Assembly: GCA_013287265.1 (NCBI GenBank)
Contig: JABDEC010000005.1
Coordinates: 265 to 64,264 of the forward strand
Reading direction: 5' to 3'
Length of the DNA stretch: 64,000 bases
DNA from: Candidatus Babelota bacterium
Lineage (GTDB): Bacteria > Babelota > Babeliae > Babelales > JABDEC01
Shown: positions 1-14,272 of the stretch, in pieces
How the letters are laid out: each line of letters starts with the position of its first letter
Numbering within the stretch: position 1 is the first letter of the stretch
The notes under the pieces: model-generated
The model's database searches: none
What the model was told of the DNA's origin: nothing
Seen by the model: only the letters and a program-made list of their open reading frames with translations
Made by a program: the position numbers and the translations under genes

Positions 1-150
1 GAAATTAATAAAAGATTAGACATTGCAAAATCAGAAATTATTAGCCACGATATCAAAAAAAATATATTTAATTACAATATTAAAAATGAGGATTTTAGTG
101 CTGCTGTAGCATGTTTAAAATCAATCATAATTTCAGAATTAAATAAGTAA
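1..150 (+). CDS. 3' end of an unidentified CDS (partial, runs off window start)
   Basis: Frame 1 is open from base 1 to TAA at 148-150 (...SIIISELNK*); no family recognised. Confidence 0.4.
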   Translation, partial: EINKRLDIAKSEIISHDIKKNIFNYNIKNEDFSAAVACLKSIIISELNK

Positions 151-283
151 TTTTATAAATTTAAAAAAAGATCAAAAAAAACCTTTACAATAAATAAGTT
201 TTGTTTATTCTTTAAGTAATAATTAAGGTATTTACTGAAATTTTCATAGCCACAAAAAAGACTTAAAATCTTTTAAAAAAGTG

Positions 284-311
284 TTGACATTAACTGATAA
301 GTCTTTATACT
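284..311 (+). promoter_or_regulatory. sigma70-type promoter of the rRNA operon
   Basis: TTGACA at 284-289, 16-nt spacer, TATACT at 306-311, about 130 nt upstream of 16S. Confidence 0.6.
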
Positions 312-363
312 TTAAATACTTTTTAGTTTTTAAAAGAAGTAGTAATAAAAAATTATAAAAATT

Positions 364-376
364 TGGTCTTTGAAAT
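364..376 (+). promoter_or_regulatory. boxA-like antitermination motif in rRNA leader
   Basis: TGGTCTTTGAAAT resembles the boxA consensus TGCTCTTTAACAA; a near-identical copy lies in the spacer at 2371-2383. Confidence 0.5.
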
Positions 377-400
377 ACACAAGAAATTTTTTTAAAAATT

Positions 401-424
401 TCGCAAGCCTTATTAAAACTTTTA
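401..424 (+). promoter_or_regulatory. 5' half of 16S processing stem
   Basis: tcgcaagccttattaaaactttta is complementary to ttaaaagttttttaaggcttgcga at 2041-2064, just after 16S. Confidence 0.6.
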
Positions 425-440
425 GTTATAGATTTTGTGA

Positions 441-1985
<1,545 letters not shown>

Positions 1986-2074
1986 CGAGGGAGAATTCAT
2001 AACAAAGTTTTTACTTTGTTTAAAGGTGTAATAAAAAATCTTAAAAGTTTTTTAAGGCTTGCGACTTTAATACT

Positions 2075-2151
2075 GGGCCTATAGCTCAGTTGGTTAGAGC
2101 ACCCCGCTGATAACGGGGAGGTCAGTCGTTCGAGTCGACTTAGGCCCACCA
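2075..2151 (+). tRNA. tRNA-Ile (anticodon GAT)
   Basis: gggcctatagctcagttggttagagc..., anticodon loop ctGATaa between ccccg/cgggg, T arm agtcg-ttcgagt-cgact, encoded CCA. Confidence 0.95.
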
Positions 2152-2241
2152 TAAATTATGGTGGCATTAAGTCATAATGGGCCTAAGGTGAATTTAATAT
2201 CATCCCTAAATATTAATGAATTAAATTTTAATATATATAAA

Positions 2242-2318
2242 GGGGGATGTAGCTCAGTTGGTAGAGCATCCGATTTGCACTCGGAAGGTCAGCGGTTCGA
2301 CCCCGCTCATCTCCACCA
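2242..2318 (+). tRNA. tRNA-Ala (anticodon TGC)
   Basis: gggggatgtagctcagttggtagagc..., anticodon loop ttTGCac between tccga/tcgga, 3' ctccacca. Confidence 0.95.
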
Positions 2319-2363
2319 GTTTTTAAATAAAAAATTTTATTTCTTGTGTGTTTATAAAAAATT

Positions 2364-2398
2364 ATTCTTGTGATCTTTGAAATGTTTGTAATTTAAAT
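2364..2398 (+). promoter_or_regulatory. 5' half of 23S processing stem with embedded boxA-like motif (2371-2383)
   Basis: attcttgtga...atgtttgtaatttaaa is complementary to tttaaattacaaacattcacaagaat at 5524-5549; TGATCTTTGAAAT loops out. Confidence 0.6.
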
Positions 2399-2459
2399 TT
2401 CTGATGCGGAAATACAAAATTCATTTTGAGTTTTTGTAAACAATTTGATAATTAAGTTT

Positions 2460-5486
<3,027 letters not shown>

Positions 5487-5574
5487 GCTAATAACTAATT
5501 ATTTGAATTTTCTTCTTTGGTAGTTTAAATTACAAACATTCACAAGAATATTAAATTTGAAAATTTTAAAAAAT

Positions 5575-5689
5575 TTCTGGTGGGTATAGCTGTGGGGAAA
5601 CACCCGTTCCCATTCCGAATACGGAAGTTAAGTCCACAGCGCTGATAATACTTGGTGGGAAACTGCCTGGGAAAATAAGTACTGCCAGT
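5575..5689 (+). rRNA. rrf: 5S ribosomal RNA
   Basis: ttctggtgg...cccgttcccattccgaatacggaagttaag...gggaaaataagtactgccag. Confidence 0.9.
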
Positions 5690-5695
5690 TTAATT

Positions 5696-5727
5696 AAGCC
5701 TCGAATTTATTTCGAGGCTTTTTTTTG
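5696..5727 (+). terminator. intrinsic terminator of rRNA operon
   Basis: aagcctcgaa-tttat-ttcgaggctt followed by a T run. Confidence 0.85.
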
Positions 5728-6063
5728 TTTAAAAATTCTTGATCTCAAAGATAAAAAATTTCTAAAAATGCAATTTATTAAAAATAATCATTAACAAATT
5801 AAATTCTCAATTTACTTTTGGTTTAAATATATTTATTATTTTTCAGTGTTTTTTAATTTAACTAAAAGGTTTTTGCCATGAAAATCACAAAATTAATTCT
5901 TTTCTTAATTATTCACAACAATATCATTGGAGAAAACATGCAAAAAAATATTTCTTTGGAAAAAATTGTATTTGCGCTAGACCAATGAACATGTTTTTAG
6001 AAAATATAGTAATTGACGGAAAAGAACAACCACGTTTTAGAAAGATTAATTAAGGAAATTAGC

Positions 6064-7629
6064 ATGAAAAATCGCACAACATTTTTTTTTAATTTATTAG
6101 TGTTTTCAATGATGCAAATTACAATAATTAAATCTCTTGATGTTTATCAAAATAATTTATCTTTAATATCAAATTTAAAACCAAGTTCTGTTTGGGAAGA
6201 ATTTGCTGCAATTTCAATGCCGCGTGGTTCAGGAAATGAAGACAAAATTGCAGACCATATAATTTCTCAATCTTTAATTAGTGGATGTAATATTTTTAAA
6301 GATAATATCGGAAATGTAATTGTAAGAAAAAAAGCTTCTTCTGATGCTTATGAAAATGTGCCATTTCTTACAATTCAATCACACATGGATATGGTTTGTG
6401 AAAAAAATAAAGACGTTGTACATGATTTTTTAAAAGATCCAATAAAATTTGTGCTTAAAGATAATTTTCTATATGCAGATGGCACAACATTAGGCGCTGA
6501 TAATGGAATTGGTGTTGCAACTGCACTTGCAATAATTAAATCTAAAAATTTAATTCACGGACCATTAGAATTTTTATTTACAGTGCATGAAGAAGATGGT
6601 TTTGATGGAGCTTTTAATATTAAGCCTGAAAGTTTAAAAGGAAGAATTTTATTAAATATCGACACTGAAGAGCAAGACTCAATTTATATAGGTTGCGCGG
6701 GAAGTTCTTATGTGCTTGCAGAATTACCGATAAAAAGAGAAAAATTAAATCATGATGATCAAAGATATATAACTATTTCAATTGATGGATTGCGCGGCGG
6801 ACATTCAGGTGTTGATATTGACAAAAAAGATAGGCCCAATGCTTTTCACATAGCTAATCGCGTTTTAAAAAATCTGCATGGAGTTGATTTCAGAATTATT
6901 GGCATAGATGGTGGAAATAAAAGAAATGCTATTGCACGAGATGTTGAAATACGAATGGCTTTACCTGTGAATCAAGAAAACTTATTTAATGAACAATTTG
7001 AAGAAATTTCTAAAATTATAGTAAAAGAATTTGATCAGGAAAAAAATCTTAAATTTAGAATAGATTCATTATTTTCAAAAAGTTATAAATACGTAATTTC
7101 AAAAGATGATCAACAAAAATTACTTTCACTTTTAGACAAGATGCCTCATGGCGTTATAAAAATGTCTGAAAAAATTGATGATTTGGTTGAAACATCAACA
7201 AATTTTGCCAAGATAGCCACAAAAGATGATTCAATTTCATTTGAAACAATGCAAAGAAGTTTAATTCGTTCTGAATTAGATAAAATTGCAAATGAAGTGC
7301 AAAATGTGTGCACAACTTATGGTGCAAAGGCAAAAATTGAATTCGGTTCACCTGAATGGGAGCCAAACACAAAATCCCCTATCCTAAATTTAGCAAAATC
7401 CACATACAAAAAAATGTTTGGTAAAGATGCATTTGTTAAAGCAATTCATGCAGGACTTGAATGTGGTGCTTTTGCTCAACAAATTCCTGGATTAGATACA
7501 ATTTCTTTTGGACCGACAATTATTGATGCTCATTCACCTAATGAACATGTTGTTATTGATTCAGTACAACCATTCTGGAATTTCTTAACAAAATTAATTG
7601 AAGATTTTGCAGAACAAAAGAAAAAGTAA
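6064..7629 (+). CDS. pepD: Xaa-His dipeptidase (aminoacyl-histidine dipeptidase, M20 family) with signal peptide
   Basis: SHMDMV, ADGTTLGADNGIGVA and FTVHEEDG motifs. The track ORF starts at TTG 6013; ATG 6064 has an aaggaa RBS and gives MKNRTTFFFNLLVF. Confidence 0.85.
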   Translation: MKNRTTFFFNLLVFSMMQITIIKSLDVYQNNLSLISNLKPSSVWEEFAAISMPRGSGNEDKIADHIISQSLISGCNIFKDNIGNVIVRKKASSDAYENVPFLTIQSHMDMVCEKNKDVVHDFLKDPIKFVLKDNFLYADGTTLGADNGIGVATALAIIKSKNLIHGPLEFLFTVHEEDGFDGAFNIKPESLKGRILLNIDTEEQDSIYIGCAGSSYVLAELPIKREKLNHDDQRYITISIDGLRGGHSGVDIDKKDRPNAFHIANRVLKNLHGVDFRIIGIDGGNKRNAIARDVEIRMALPVNQENLFNEQFEEISKIIVKEFDQEKNLKFRIDSLFSKSYKYVISKDDQQKLLSLLDKMPHGVIKMSEKIDDLVETSTNFAKIATKDDSISFETMQRSLIRSELDKIANEVQNVCTTYGAKAKIEFGSPEWEPNTKSPILNLAKSTYKKMFGKDAFVKAIHAGLECGAFAQQIPGLDTISFGPTIIDAHSPNEHVVIDSVQPFWNFLTKLIEDFAEQKKK

Positions 7630-7654
7630 ATTCTATATACTAAATAATTATTTT

Positions 7655-7686
7655 AAAAGGGCACTAATTAAAAGTTAGTGCCTTTT
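7655..7686. terminator. bidirectional hairpin between convergent pepD and pyrG
   Basis: aaaagggcactaa-ttaaaag-ttagtgcctttt; overlaps the last pyrG codons. Confidence 0.6.
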
Positions 7687-9263
7687 ATCATTTCACTAGC
7701 TTTAACAAATTCAACAAATAATGGATGAGGTTCAAACAATTTACTTTTAAATTCTGGATGAAATTGAGACGCTACAAAAAAAGGGTGATTTTCAAGTTCA
7801 ATAATTTCTGTAAGATTTTCTTTTTCATAAATGCCTGAAATTTTTAAGCCGTTCCGTTCTAATAATTTTACGTATTCAGGATTTACTTCATATCTGTGTC
7901 TATGGCGTTCTAGAATATTTTCATTTTTATAAATTTCAAATGCTTTAGTCCCTTTTTGAATTTTGCAAGTCTGATTTCCCAATCGCATTGTTGCGCCTTT
8001 AATTTTAATATCTTTTTGTTCCTGCAAAATCTTTATAATCGGGTGTTCAGTTTTTGAATCAAATTCTGTTGAATTAGCATTTTTAAAATTTAAAACGTTT
8101 CGAGTAAATTCAATTACAGCAACTTGCATACCCAAACAAATTCCTAAAAAAGGTATTTTATTTTCGCGCGCAAATTGAGTGGCTAAAATTTTACCTTCAA
8201 CTGCTCTTAAACCAAAGCCTCCGGGAATTAAAATGCCGTGAGAATTCTTTAATTTTTCTTTTACATTTTCTTGTGTTAAATCTTCAGCATTAATCCAGTC
8301 AATGTTTATTTTTGCGTTATTTGAAATTTGCGCATGAATAAGCGCTTCATGAATACTTTTATAAGAATCTTTAAGATCAGTGTATTTTCCAACAATTGCA
8401 ATCTTTATTGTATTTTTTAAAGTTTTTAAAGTTCCAATAATTTTTTGCCATTTTTCAAGATTTGGTTTTGTTTTTAGATTTAAAAATTTTTCTAAAGATT
8501 TATGAAACATTTGTTTTTCAAATAAAAGTGGCAGCTCATAAACAATTTCTAAATCAGGAGCAGAAACAACATCTGATTCTTTTACATTTGTAAAAAGAGC
8601 AATTTTTTTCTTAATTTCAACAGGTAATTCTTGTTCACTTCTGCAAATCAAAATTTGTGGGTGAATTCCTAGTGAAAGCAATGCTTTAACTGAATGTTGT
8701 GTTGGCTTTGTTTTTAATTCCTGCGCAAATTTAATGTATGGCACATAAGTTAAATGAATAAATACACAATTTTCATTTTCTAAACCAATTTGCCTTATTG
8801 CTTCAATAAAAGGTAATCCTTCAATATCTCCAATTGTTCCACCAATTTCCACAATTGTAATTTCAGAATTTTTACTTGCAGTGTAAATTGATTCTTTTAT
8901 TTCATTTGTTAAATGTGGGATTGTCTGAATTGTTTTTCCTAGAAATTCACCATTACGTTCTTTTTCTAGTAACTGTGAATATAATTTTCCTGCTGTGACA
9001 TTATTTATTTTTTTAATTATTGCATTTGTAAAACGCTCATAGTGTCCTAAATCCAAATCAGTTTCAATTCCATCTTGTGTTACAAAAACTTCACCATGTT
9101 GAAACGGATTCATTGTTCCCGGGTCAACATTGAGATATGGATCTAATTTTATGAAAGAAATTTTATGTCCCATAGATTCAAGTAAAGCGCCAATTGAAGC
9201 AGCTGCAACTCCTTTTCCAAGACCTGAAATTACTCCGCCGGTAATAAAAATAAATTGTGACAT
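7668..9263 (-). CDS. pyrG: CTP synthase
   Basis: MSQFIFITGGVISGLGKG N-terminus, GICLGMQ glutamine amidotransferase site, 531 aa. Confidence 0.95.
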   Translation of the reverse strand: MSQFIFITGGVISGLGKGVAAASIGALLESMGHKISFIKLDPYLNVDPGTMNPFQHGEVFVTQDGIETDLDLGHYERFTNAIIKKINNVTAGKLYSQLLEKERNGEFLGKTIQTIPHLTNEIKESIYTASKNSEITIVEIGGTIGDIEGLPFIEAIRQIGLENENCVFIHLTYVPYIKFAQELKTKPTQHSVKALLSLGIHPQILICRSEQELPVEIKKKIALFTNVKESDVVSAPDLEIVYELPLLFEKQMFHKSLEKFLNLKTKPNLEKWQKIIGTLKTLKNTIKIAIVGKYTDLKDSYKSIHEALIHAQISNNAKINIDWINAEDLTQENVKEKLKNSHGILIPGGFGLRAVEGKILATQFARENKIPFLGICLGMQVAVIEFTRNVLNFKNANSTEFDSKTEHPIIKILQEQKDIKIKGATMRLGNQTCKIQKGTKAFEIYKNENILERHRHRYEVNPEYVKLLERNGLKISGIYEKENLTEIIELENHPFFVASQFHPEFKSKLFEPHPLFVEFVKASEMIKGTNF

Positions 9264-9384
9264 TTGTTTCCCCTAAAAAATAAAAATATTCAAGTAATTT
9301 AACAAAATATTTTTAAAAAAAAAGAATTTATTTTTTATTTAGAAAGATCTATTATTTTTTTATTAATAAAGAAGGAGATATTTT

Positions 9385-9753
9385 ATGTTAAAAAAAAATT
9401 TGTTTTTATTATCATTTTTACTAAATCCTGTAATAATAATTTGCATGGACTTAGAAGATGATAAAGAAGAATTTGATGTTGAAGCACAAACAACGAGAAG
9501 TGCAATGGTCAAAAGCAATAAACCAAAATCATCAAAACATCGTTCTTCAAAGCATCATCATTCAGCAAAACGTGACTTAACTGACAAATGTCTTGGTGAT
9601 ATTCAAGGCATGCATGATGATGCTAAAAATGAGATTTTAGATTATTTAAAAGGCAAAGAAGACCGTGAAGATAAACGACATTGGCAATCTCATATTTCTT
9701 ATGGAGCTGTGATTTCTGTTTTAGTTTATATTGTAAATCATTTTTTAAAATAA
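9385..9753 (+). CDS. hypothetical secreted or membrane protein, His/Ser/Lys-rich
   Basis: aaggag RBS, signal peptide, C-terminal hydrophobic segment. Confidence 0.55.
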   Translation: MLKKNLFLLSFLLNPVIIICMDLEDDKEEFDVEAQTTRSAMVKSNKPKSSKHRSSKHHHSAKRDLTDKCLGDIQGMHDDAKNEILDYLKGKEDREDKRHWQSHISYGAVISVLVYIVNHFLK

Positions 9754-9760
9754 TATTTTT

Positions 9761-10453
9761 ATGCAAATTCAAAAAAATAATTTTATTCAACAGACTTTTG
9801 ATAATTCTTTTGTAATAAAACAAACGGAAGATTTTGTTTATAAAAAATTACATGGCGAAGGCACAGGACATGATTGGTATCATATAGATCGTGTCAGAAA
9901 AATCGCTTTAAAAATTGCTGAAAAAGAAAAAGCAGATTTATTTTTAGTTGAACTTGCAGCTCTGTTACATGATGTTGCTGACTGGAAGTTTCATAATGGT
10001 GACGAATCTGTTGGGCCAAAAGTTGCAAAAGAGTGGCTAGAATCTTTATTTGTTGATGAAAAAGTTATTGAACAAACTTGCAATATTATTTTAAATATCT
10101 CTTTTAAGGGCGCACACGTAAATACAAAAATGAAAAGTTTAGAAGGAATGATTGTTCAGGATGCTGATAGAATTGATGCATTAGGAGCAATTGGAATTGC
10201 AAGATGTTTTGCATATGGCGGTTTTAAAAATAATCCAATCTATGATCCAAATATCAAAACCGTGATGCACAAAGATTTTCAAGAATATAAAAGCACTAGA
10301 GGTTCTTCAATAAATCATTTTTATGAAAAATTGTTACTTTTAAAAGATAGAATGAATACAAAATCTGGTTATGAAATTGCAAAAGAAAGACATGAATTTA
10401 TGCAACAATTTTTAAATCAATTTTTTAAAGAATGGGATTGTAAATTTTATTAA
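9761..10453 (+). CDS. HD-domain metal-dependent phosphohydrolase
   Basis: GHDWYHIDRV ... LLHDVADWK ... QDADRIDALGAIG. Confidence 0.8.
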   Translation: MQIQKNNFIQQTFDNSFVIKQTEDFVYKKLHGEGTGHDWYHIDRVRKIALKIAEKEKADLFLVELAALLHDVADWKFHNGDESVGPKVAKEWLESLFVDEKVIEQTCNIILNISFKGAHVNTKMKSLEGMIVQDADRIDALGAIGIARCFAYGGFKNNPIYDPNIKTVMHKDFQEYKSTRGSSINHFYEKLLLLKDRMNTKSGYEIAKERHEFMQQFLNQFFKEWDCKFY

Positions 10454-10533
10454 AATTACTGCATTTTTATCTGCAAATTCTTTATTCTTTTTTTAAAATG
10501 TAATTATTAATTAAAAAAAATAGGTGAAAATTT

Positions 10534-10888
10534 ATGAAAAAAATTCTAATTATTTCAATGATATTTAATATTTTTATTAAAAGGTGCTATTGTAAATAAT
10601 AAAACATCTAGATCAATAAACGTTAAAATCATAGCTACTAATGACAAAACTAATTTTAAAGAAAGTATTGGGCAAGGTGAGTCGGTAATTTTGAGGCTTT
10701 GTGAATCAGATAGTCGCATTAGGACGGTGGTAGCTGGCGGAGGGTTGAGCCACAAAAATGCGGAGGAAGATTTGTCAAAATTAACAGATGATGAAATTAA
10801 TTCTGATAAATTAATTATTAATGTATTGGAAATACCACAACTACCAAGAGGGAAAAGTTATAAAATTGAATACGAACTTAAAAAATAA
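10534..10888 (+). pseudogene. frameshifted paralog of the 11739-12152 secreted protein
   Basis: ATG 10534 encodes MKKILIISMIFNIFIKR and hits TAA. The rest (GAIVNNKT...DLSKLTDDEINSDKLIINV...) continues in the next frame from about 10583. Confidence 0.65.
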
Positions 10889-10900
10889 ATAAAAATTTAA

Positions 10901-11503
10901 TTAATAATTACATTTTTTGATCGCATCTCCAACTACTTCAATCAAAAATTCTTTTATAATTTTTTGATCATCATTTATTTCATTATTTTCTGTTGCATTT
11001 GTTAAATCAAATTCCATTTCAATTTGTCGACCAAAATTTTGTCTTTGAATTGCTCCAAGACTCAAAAAGAATTTCTGTTCTAGTTCATTTTGGGAGGAAA
11101 TCAGCCAGGACAATTTTTTATAGCCTTTGTCTTTAAAAATTCCTTTTAATATTGCAATTGTGTATTTTGTAGTTTCGCCAAATAGAAGTTGATGATATTG
11201 GACATAAATTTTCTTTCTTTTTGATGATAAATAAAAAATTGTATTAAAATATTCTTCTTCATAATTTAATTTTGCGTTTGTAACTTTATCAAAATATGCC
11301 AATATAAGTTTAATTTTAATGGCGTAATCAAAGTGACATATGTGTTGACCATCTAATAAAGGCAATTGTTCAATTTCAGATAAAATTGAGCATGTTGTAT
11401 TTTCATGATCCATGCAAAACTGTTGATTAAAATTAATAATTAGATAGATTCCCACAAGATATTTATATAATTTCATAAATTTCTTTCGATTTATGGTTTG
11501 CAT
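10901..11503 (-). CDS. hypothetical protein with N-terminal hydrophobic segment
   Basis: 200-aa ORF; no family recognised. Confidence 0.5.
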   Translation of the reverse strand: MQTINRKKFMKLYKYLVGIYLIINFNQQFCMDHENTTCSILSEIEQLPLLDGQHICHFDYAIKIKLILAYFDKVTNAKLNYEEEYFNTIFYLSSKRKKIYVQYHQLLFGETTKYTIAILKGIFKDKGYKKLSWLISSQNELEQKFFLSLGAIQRQNFGRQIEMEFDLTNATENNEINDDQKIIKEFLIEVVGDAIKKCNY

Positions 11504-11738
11504 TTTTAAATATTTTAATAATTAAGATCTAATTTTAGCAAGAAGAAATTGTCTTAAAATAAGCCTTTTATGCAATTTTTCTTTAAAAAATAGGTTATTT
11601 ATTAATTCTATCTGGATATAATAATCAAAATTTCTTAATAAAGCACTTGCTTTTTAAAATTTGATTATGTTACAGTTATAATTGAAATGGCCAATGGTTG
11701 GTTATTTTGAAATTAGGAGACTGAATAAAAGGAAAAAA

Positions 11739-12152
11739 ATGAAGAAATTAATGATTTTATTGTTGGTACTTTTAAATTTTTTATCAACGCATTGTGCTAT
11801 AATTAATAATCAAACAAAAAATATAATTCATGCAACGATTGTCACAAATCAAGCAACCCAGGCTATTGAACTTTCGGATTTAAAACAAAGTGGCTCTCAG
11901 CATTTTGCAAATATTTTGACATCTATTGAAAGTAATAAATATGGAGCAATTAAATTAAATAATAATTTTACGAGGCGTAAAATAGAATTAATAATTTTTT
12001 ATGCGCCTCCGCGTGGTCAACTTCTAGAAGTTAAAACAGATCTTTCTAAATTAACTGATGATGAAATTAATTCAGATAATTTAATTATTGATGTAAAAAG
12101 TGATCCTCAAGATGCAAGAAAAATAATTATAGAACCAAATTTAAAAAAATAA
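11739..12152 (+). CDS. hypothetical secreted protein (DLSKLTDDEINSD family)
   Basis: ATG 11739 follows aaaagga; signal peptide MKKLMILLLVLLNFLSTHC; shares a C-terminal motif with 10534-10888. Confidence 0.6.
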   Translation: MKKLMILLLVLLNFLSTHCAIINNQTKNIIHATIVTNQATQAIELSDLKQSGSQHFANILTSIESNKYGAIKLNNNFTRRKIELIIFYAPPRGQLLEVKTDLSKLTDDEINSDNLIIDVKSDPQDARKIIIEPNLKK

Positions 12153-12238
12153 TTATTAAATTTCATTTGACGATTTTTAATTTTTTTTGATATCATTGAT
12201 CAATTTGTGCAATTTTTAAAAATGAAGGAGTCGCTCAG

Positions 12239-13120
12239 ATGGAAGATACACAGATTTTTAATGATATTACAAAAAAACTTCGCAAATTTTTCCAAGAAGA
12301 AAAAGGTTTTGTAGAAGTTCCAACGCAATCAAGGTTGTCAATTTTGGCAGCTTGTGAAGACCCAAAAACCATAACTCAATTTGAATTTGACGGAACAGGT
12401 TACCCATTACCACAAACTGGACAAATGTGGTTAGAATATGAAATTTTAAAAAATCCAAAATTCAAAGGTGTTTTTTGTCAGACTACAAGTTATAGAAATG
12501 AACCTTTTCCTATTGCTGGAAGACACAAAAAAATTTTTCCAATGTTTGAATTTGAATCACATGGCGGTTTTGATGAATTAAAAAAAATTGAATTCGAACT
12601 TCTTGAATTTTTAGGATTTAGTTCGCCAACATCATTTGAATATGAAAAATTATGTAAACTCTATTCAACTGATGAAATTAAAGCTGAGCATGAAGAAAGA
12701 ATTTGTAATGAAATTAATCCAGTAATTTGTCTTGAAAAATTCCCCGGAAGAACCAACCCTTTCTGGAATATGAAACATAACAAAAATAATATTTATAATA
12801 AAATCGACATAATTCTTTATGGCCAAGAAACAATAGGTTCGGCTGAAAGATCAACAAATATTCAGGAAATGAGAGAAAATTTTTATTCAATTTCTGATGG
12901 AATGTACGCTAATTTGCTTTTCACTAAATTTGGTAAGGATAGGGTAGAGAAAGAATTAGAAGAATATTTTTCTTTGCCTATGATTCCAAGATTCGGTGCA
13001 GGCGTTGGAGTTACAAGATTGGCAAGAGCGATGCAATGCGCCGGCTTAATTGAAGCTAACAATGAAGCTTTCTTTAAACCAAATTTTGCCTCTACTTCTG
13101 GCATTAATATTCAAATTTAA
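12239..13120 (+). CDS. stand-alone class II aminoacyl-tRNA-synthetase catalytic-core paralog (archaeal AsnA-like)
   Basis: 293 aa; GRHKKIFPMFEFE (motif 2-like), GQETIGSAERS, PRFGAGVGVTRLARA (motif 3-like); no anticodon-binding domain. Confidence 0.6.
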   Translation: MEDTQIFNDITKKLRKFFQEEKGFVEVPTQSRLSILAACEDPKTITQFEFDGTGYPLPQTGQMWLEYEILKNPKFKGVFCQTTSYRNEPFPIAGRHKKIFPMFEFESHGGFDELKKIEFELLEFLGFSSPTSFEYEKLCKLYSTDEIKAEHEERICNEINPVICLEKFPGRTNPFWNMKHNKNNIYNKIDIILYGQETIGSAERSTNIQEMRENFYSISDGMYANLLFTKFGKDRVEKELEEYFSLPMIPRFGAGVGVTRLARAMQCAGLIEANNEAFFKPNFASTSGINIQI

Positions 13121-13128
13121 TCAAATTA

Positions 13129-13157
13129 GAGGGACAAGATAAAAAATTTTGTCCCTC
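13129..13157 (+). terminator. candidate terminator hairpin
   Basis: gagggacaa-gataaaaaatt-ttgtccctc; weak T tract. Confidence 0.4.
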
Positions 13158-13288
13158 GTCATTTCCATATGAAAATTCCCAATATTTCTTATTGAATGAA
13201 AATCACTGTAAAATCCTATTTTTATTAAAGAAAAAATACCTTATTTATTAATTGATATAATAGAATTATATGTTAATATAGTTTTTAT

Positions 13289-14272
13289 ATGGAAGAACAA
13301 CAGAAAACTCCCGACCCCATCTTGGTGGTCAGTAATTTAACAAAGACATTTCATTCTAAGAGATTATTCAGAAAAAAAGAATCTTTTACAGCAGTCGATA
13401 ATATTTCATTTAAACTTTATCCTGGTGAAATCTTAGGCTTTTTAGGTTCTAATGGGGCAGGGAAAACTACTACAATTCAAATGCTTCTTGGCTTAATGAC
13501 GCCAACTTCTGGAACTATTGAATATTTTGGTAAAGATTTCTTTAAAAATTCCAGAGAAATTCTTAAAAAAGTCACCTTTGCCAGTTCTTATGTTCAATTA
13601 CCAAGCAGATTGACTGTTTATGAAAATTTGGAAATTTTTGGAATTTTATATGGGCTTTCTTATCAGAAGAGAAAAGAGAGAATTAATAAGATTTTAAAGG
13701 CTTTCGATCTTTGGGATATAAAAGATAAACAAACGGGTTTGTTATCTGCTGGTCAGATGACATGTGTTATGCTTGCTAAAGCTTTTTTGCCAGAACCAAC
13801 AGTTGTGCTTCTTGATGAGCCTACGGCAGCTCTTGACCCTGAAATAGCTCAGGAAGTAAGAAAATTTATCTTAAGTGAACAAAATGAATATGGCGTTTCT
13901 ATTTTATTTACTTCACATAACATGGATGAAGTCACAGAAATCTGCGACAGGATATTAGTATTAGATGAAGGAAAAATTATAGAAAATAGTTCGCCTGAAG
14001 AACTTACCAAAAGTGTTTCAAAAACAAGAGTACGCATGTTGTTTAAAGATGAAAATATGTTTGAAATTGAAAAATATTTAAAAACATTAGATTTAGTTTA
14101 TCAAATACAAGGTAAATCAATAGAAATAGATATCGAAGAACAAAAAATTCCAACTTTTTTAAATGGTATTGCAAAATCTGGATTTGAATATTTAAATATT
14201 TCAATTGATAAACCTACGCTTGAAGATTACTTTTTAAATATGGTTAAAAAGACAAAAACAGTTGAATTATGA
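13289..14272 (+). CDS. ABC transporter ATP-binding protein
   Basis: Walker A GSNGAGKTT, signature LSAGQ, Walker B VVLLDEPT. Confidence 0.9.
   Translation: MEEQQKTPDPILVVSNLTKTFHSKRLFRKKESFTAVDNISFKLYPGEILGFLGSNGAGKTTTIQMLLGLMTPTSGTIEYFGKDFFKNSREILKKVTFASSYVQLPSRLTVYENLEIFGILYGLSYQKRKERINKILKAFDLWDIKDKQTGLLSAGQMTCVMLAKAFLPEPTVVLLDEPTAALDPEIAQEVRKFILSEQNEYGVSILFTSHNMDEVTEICDRILVLDEGKIIENSSPEELTKSVSKTRVRMLFKDENMFEIEKYLKTLDLVYQIQGKSIEIDIEEQKIPTFLNGIAKSGFEYLNISIDKPTLEDYFLNMVKKTKTVEL

Noticed and set aside
5878-5988. 36-codon ORF MKITKLILFLIIHNNIIGENMQKNISLEKIVFALDQ* upstream of pepD
   Set aside because: Too short, with no recognisable family. It may be a remnant leader of a decayed secreted-protein gene; evidence is insufficient to call it.
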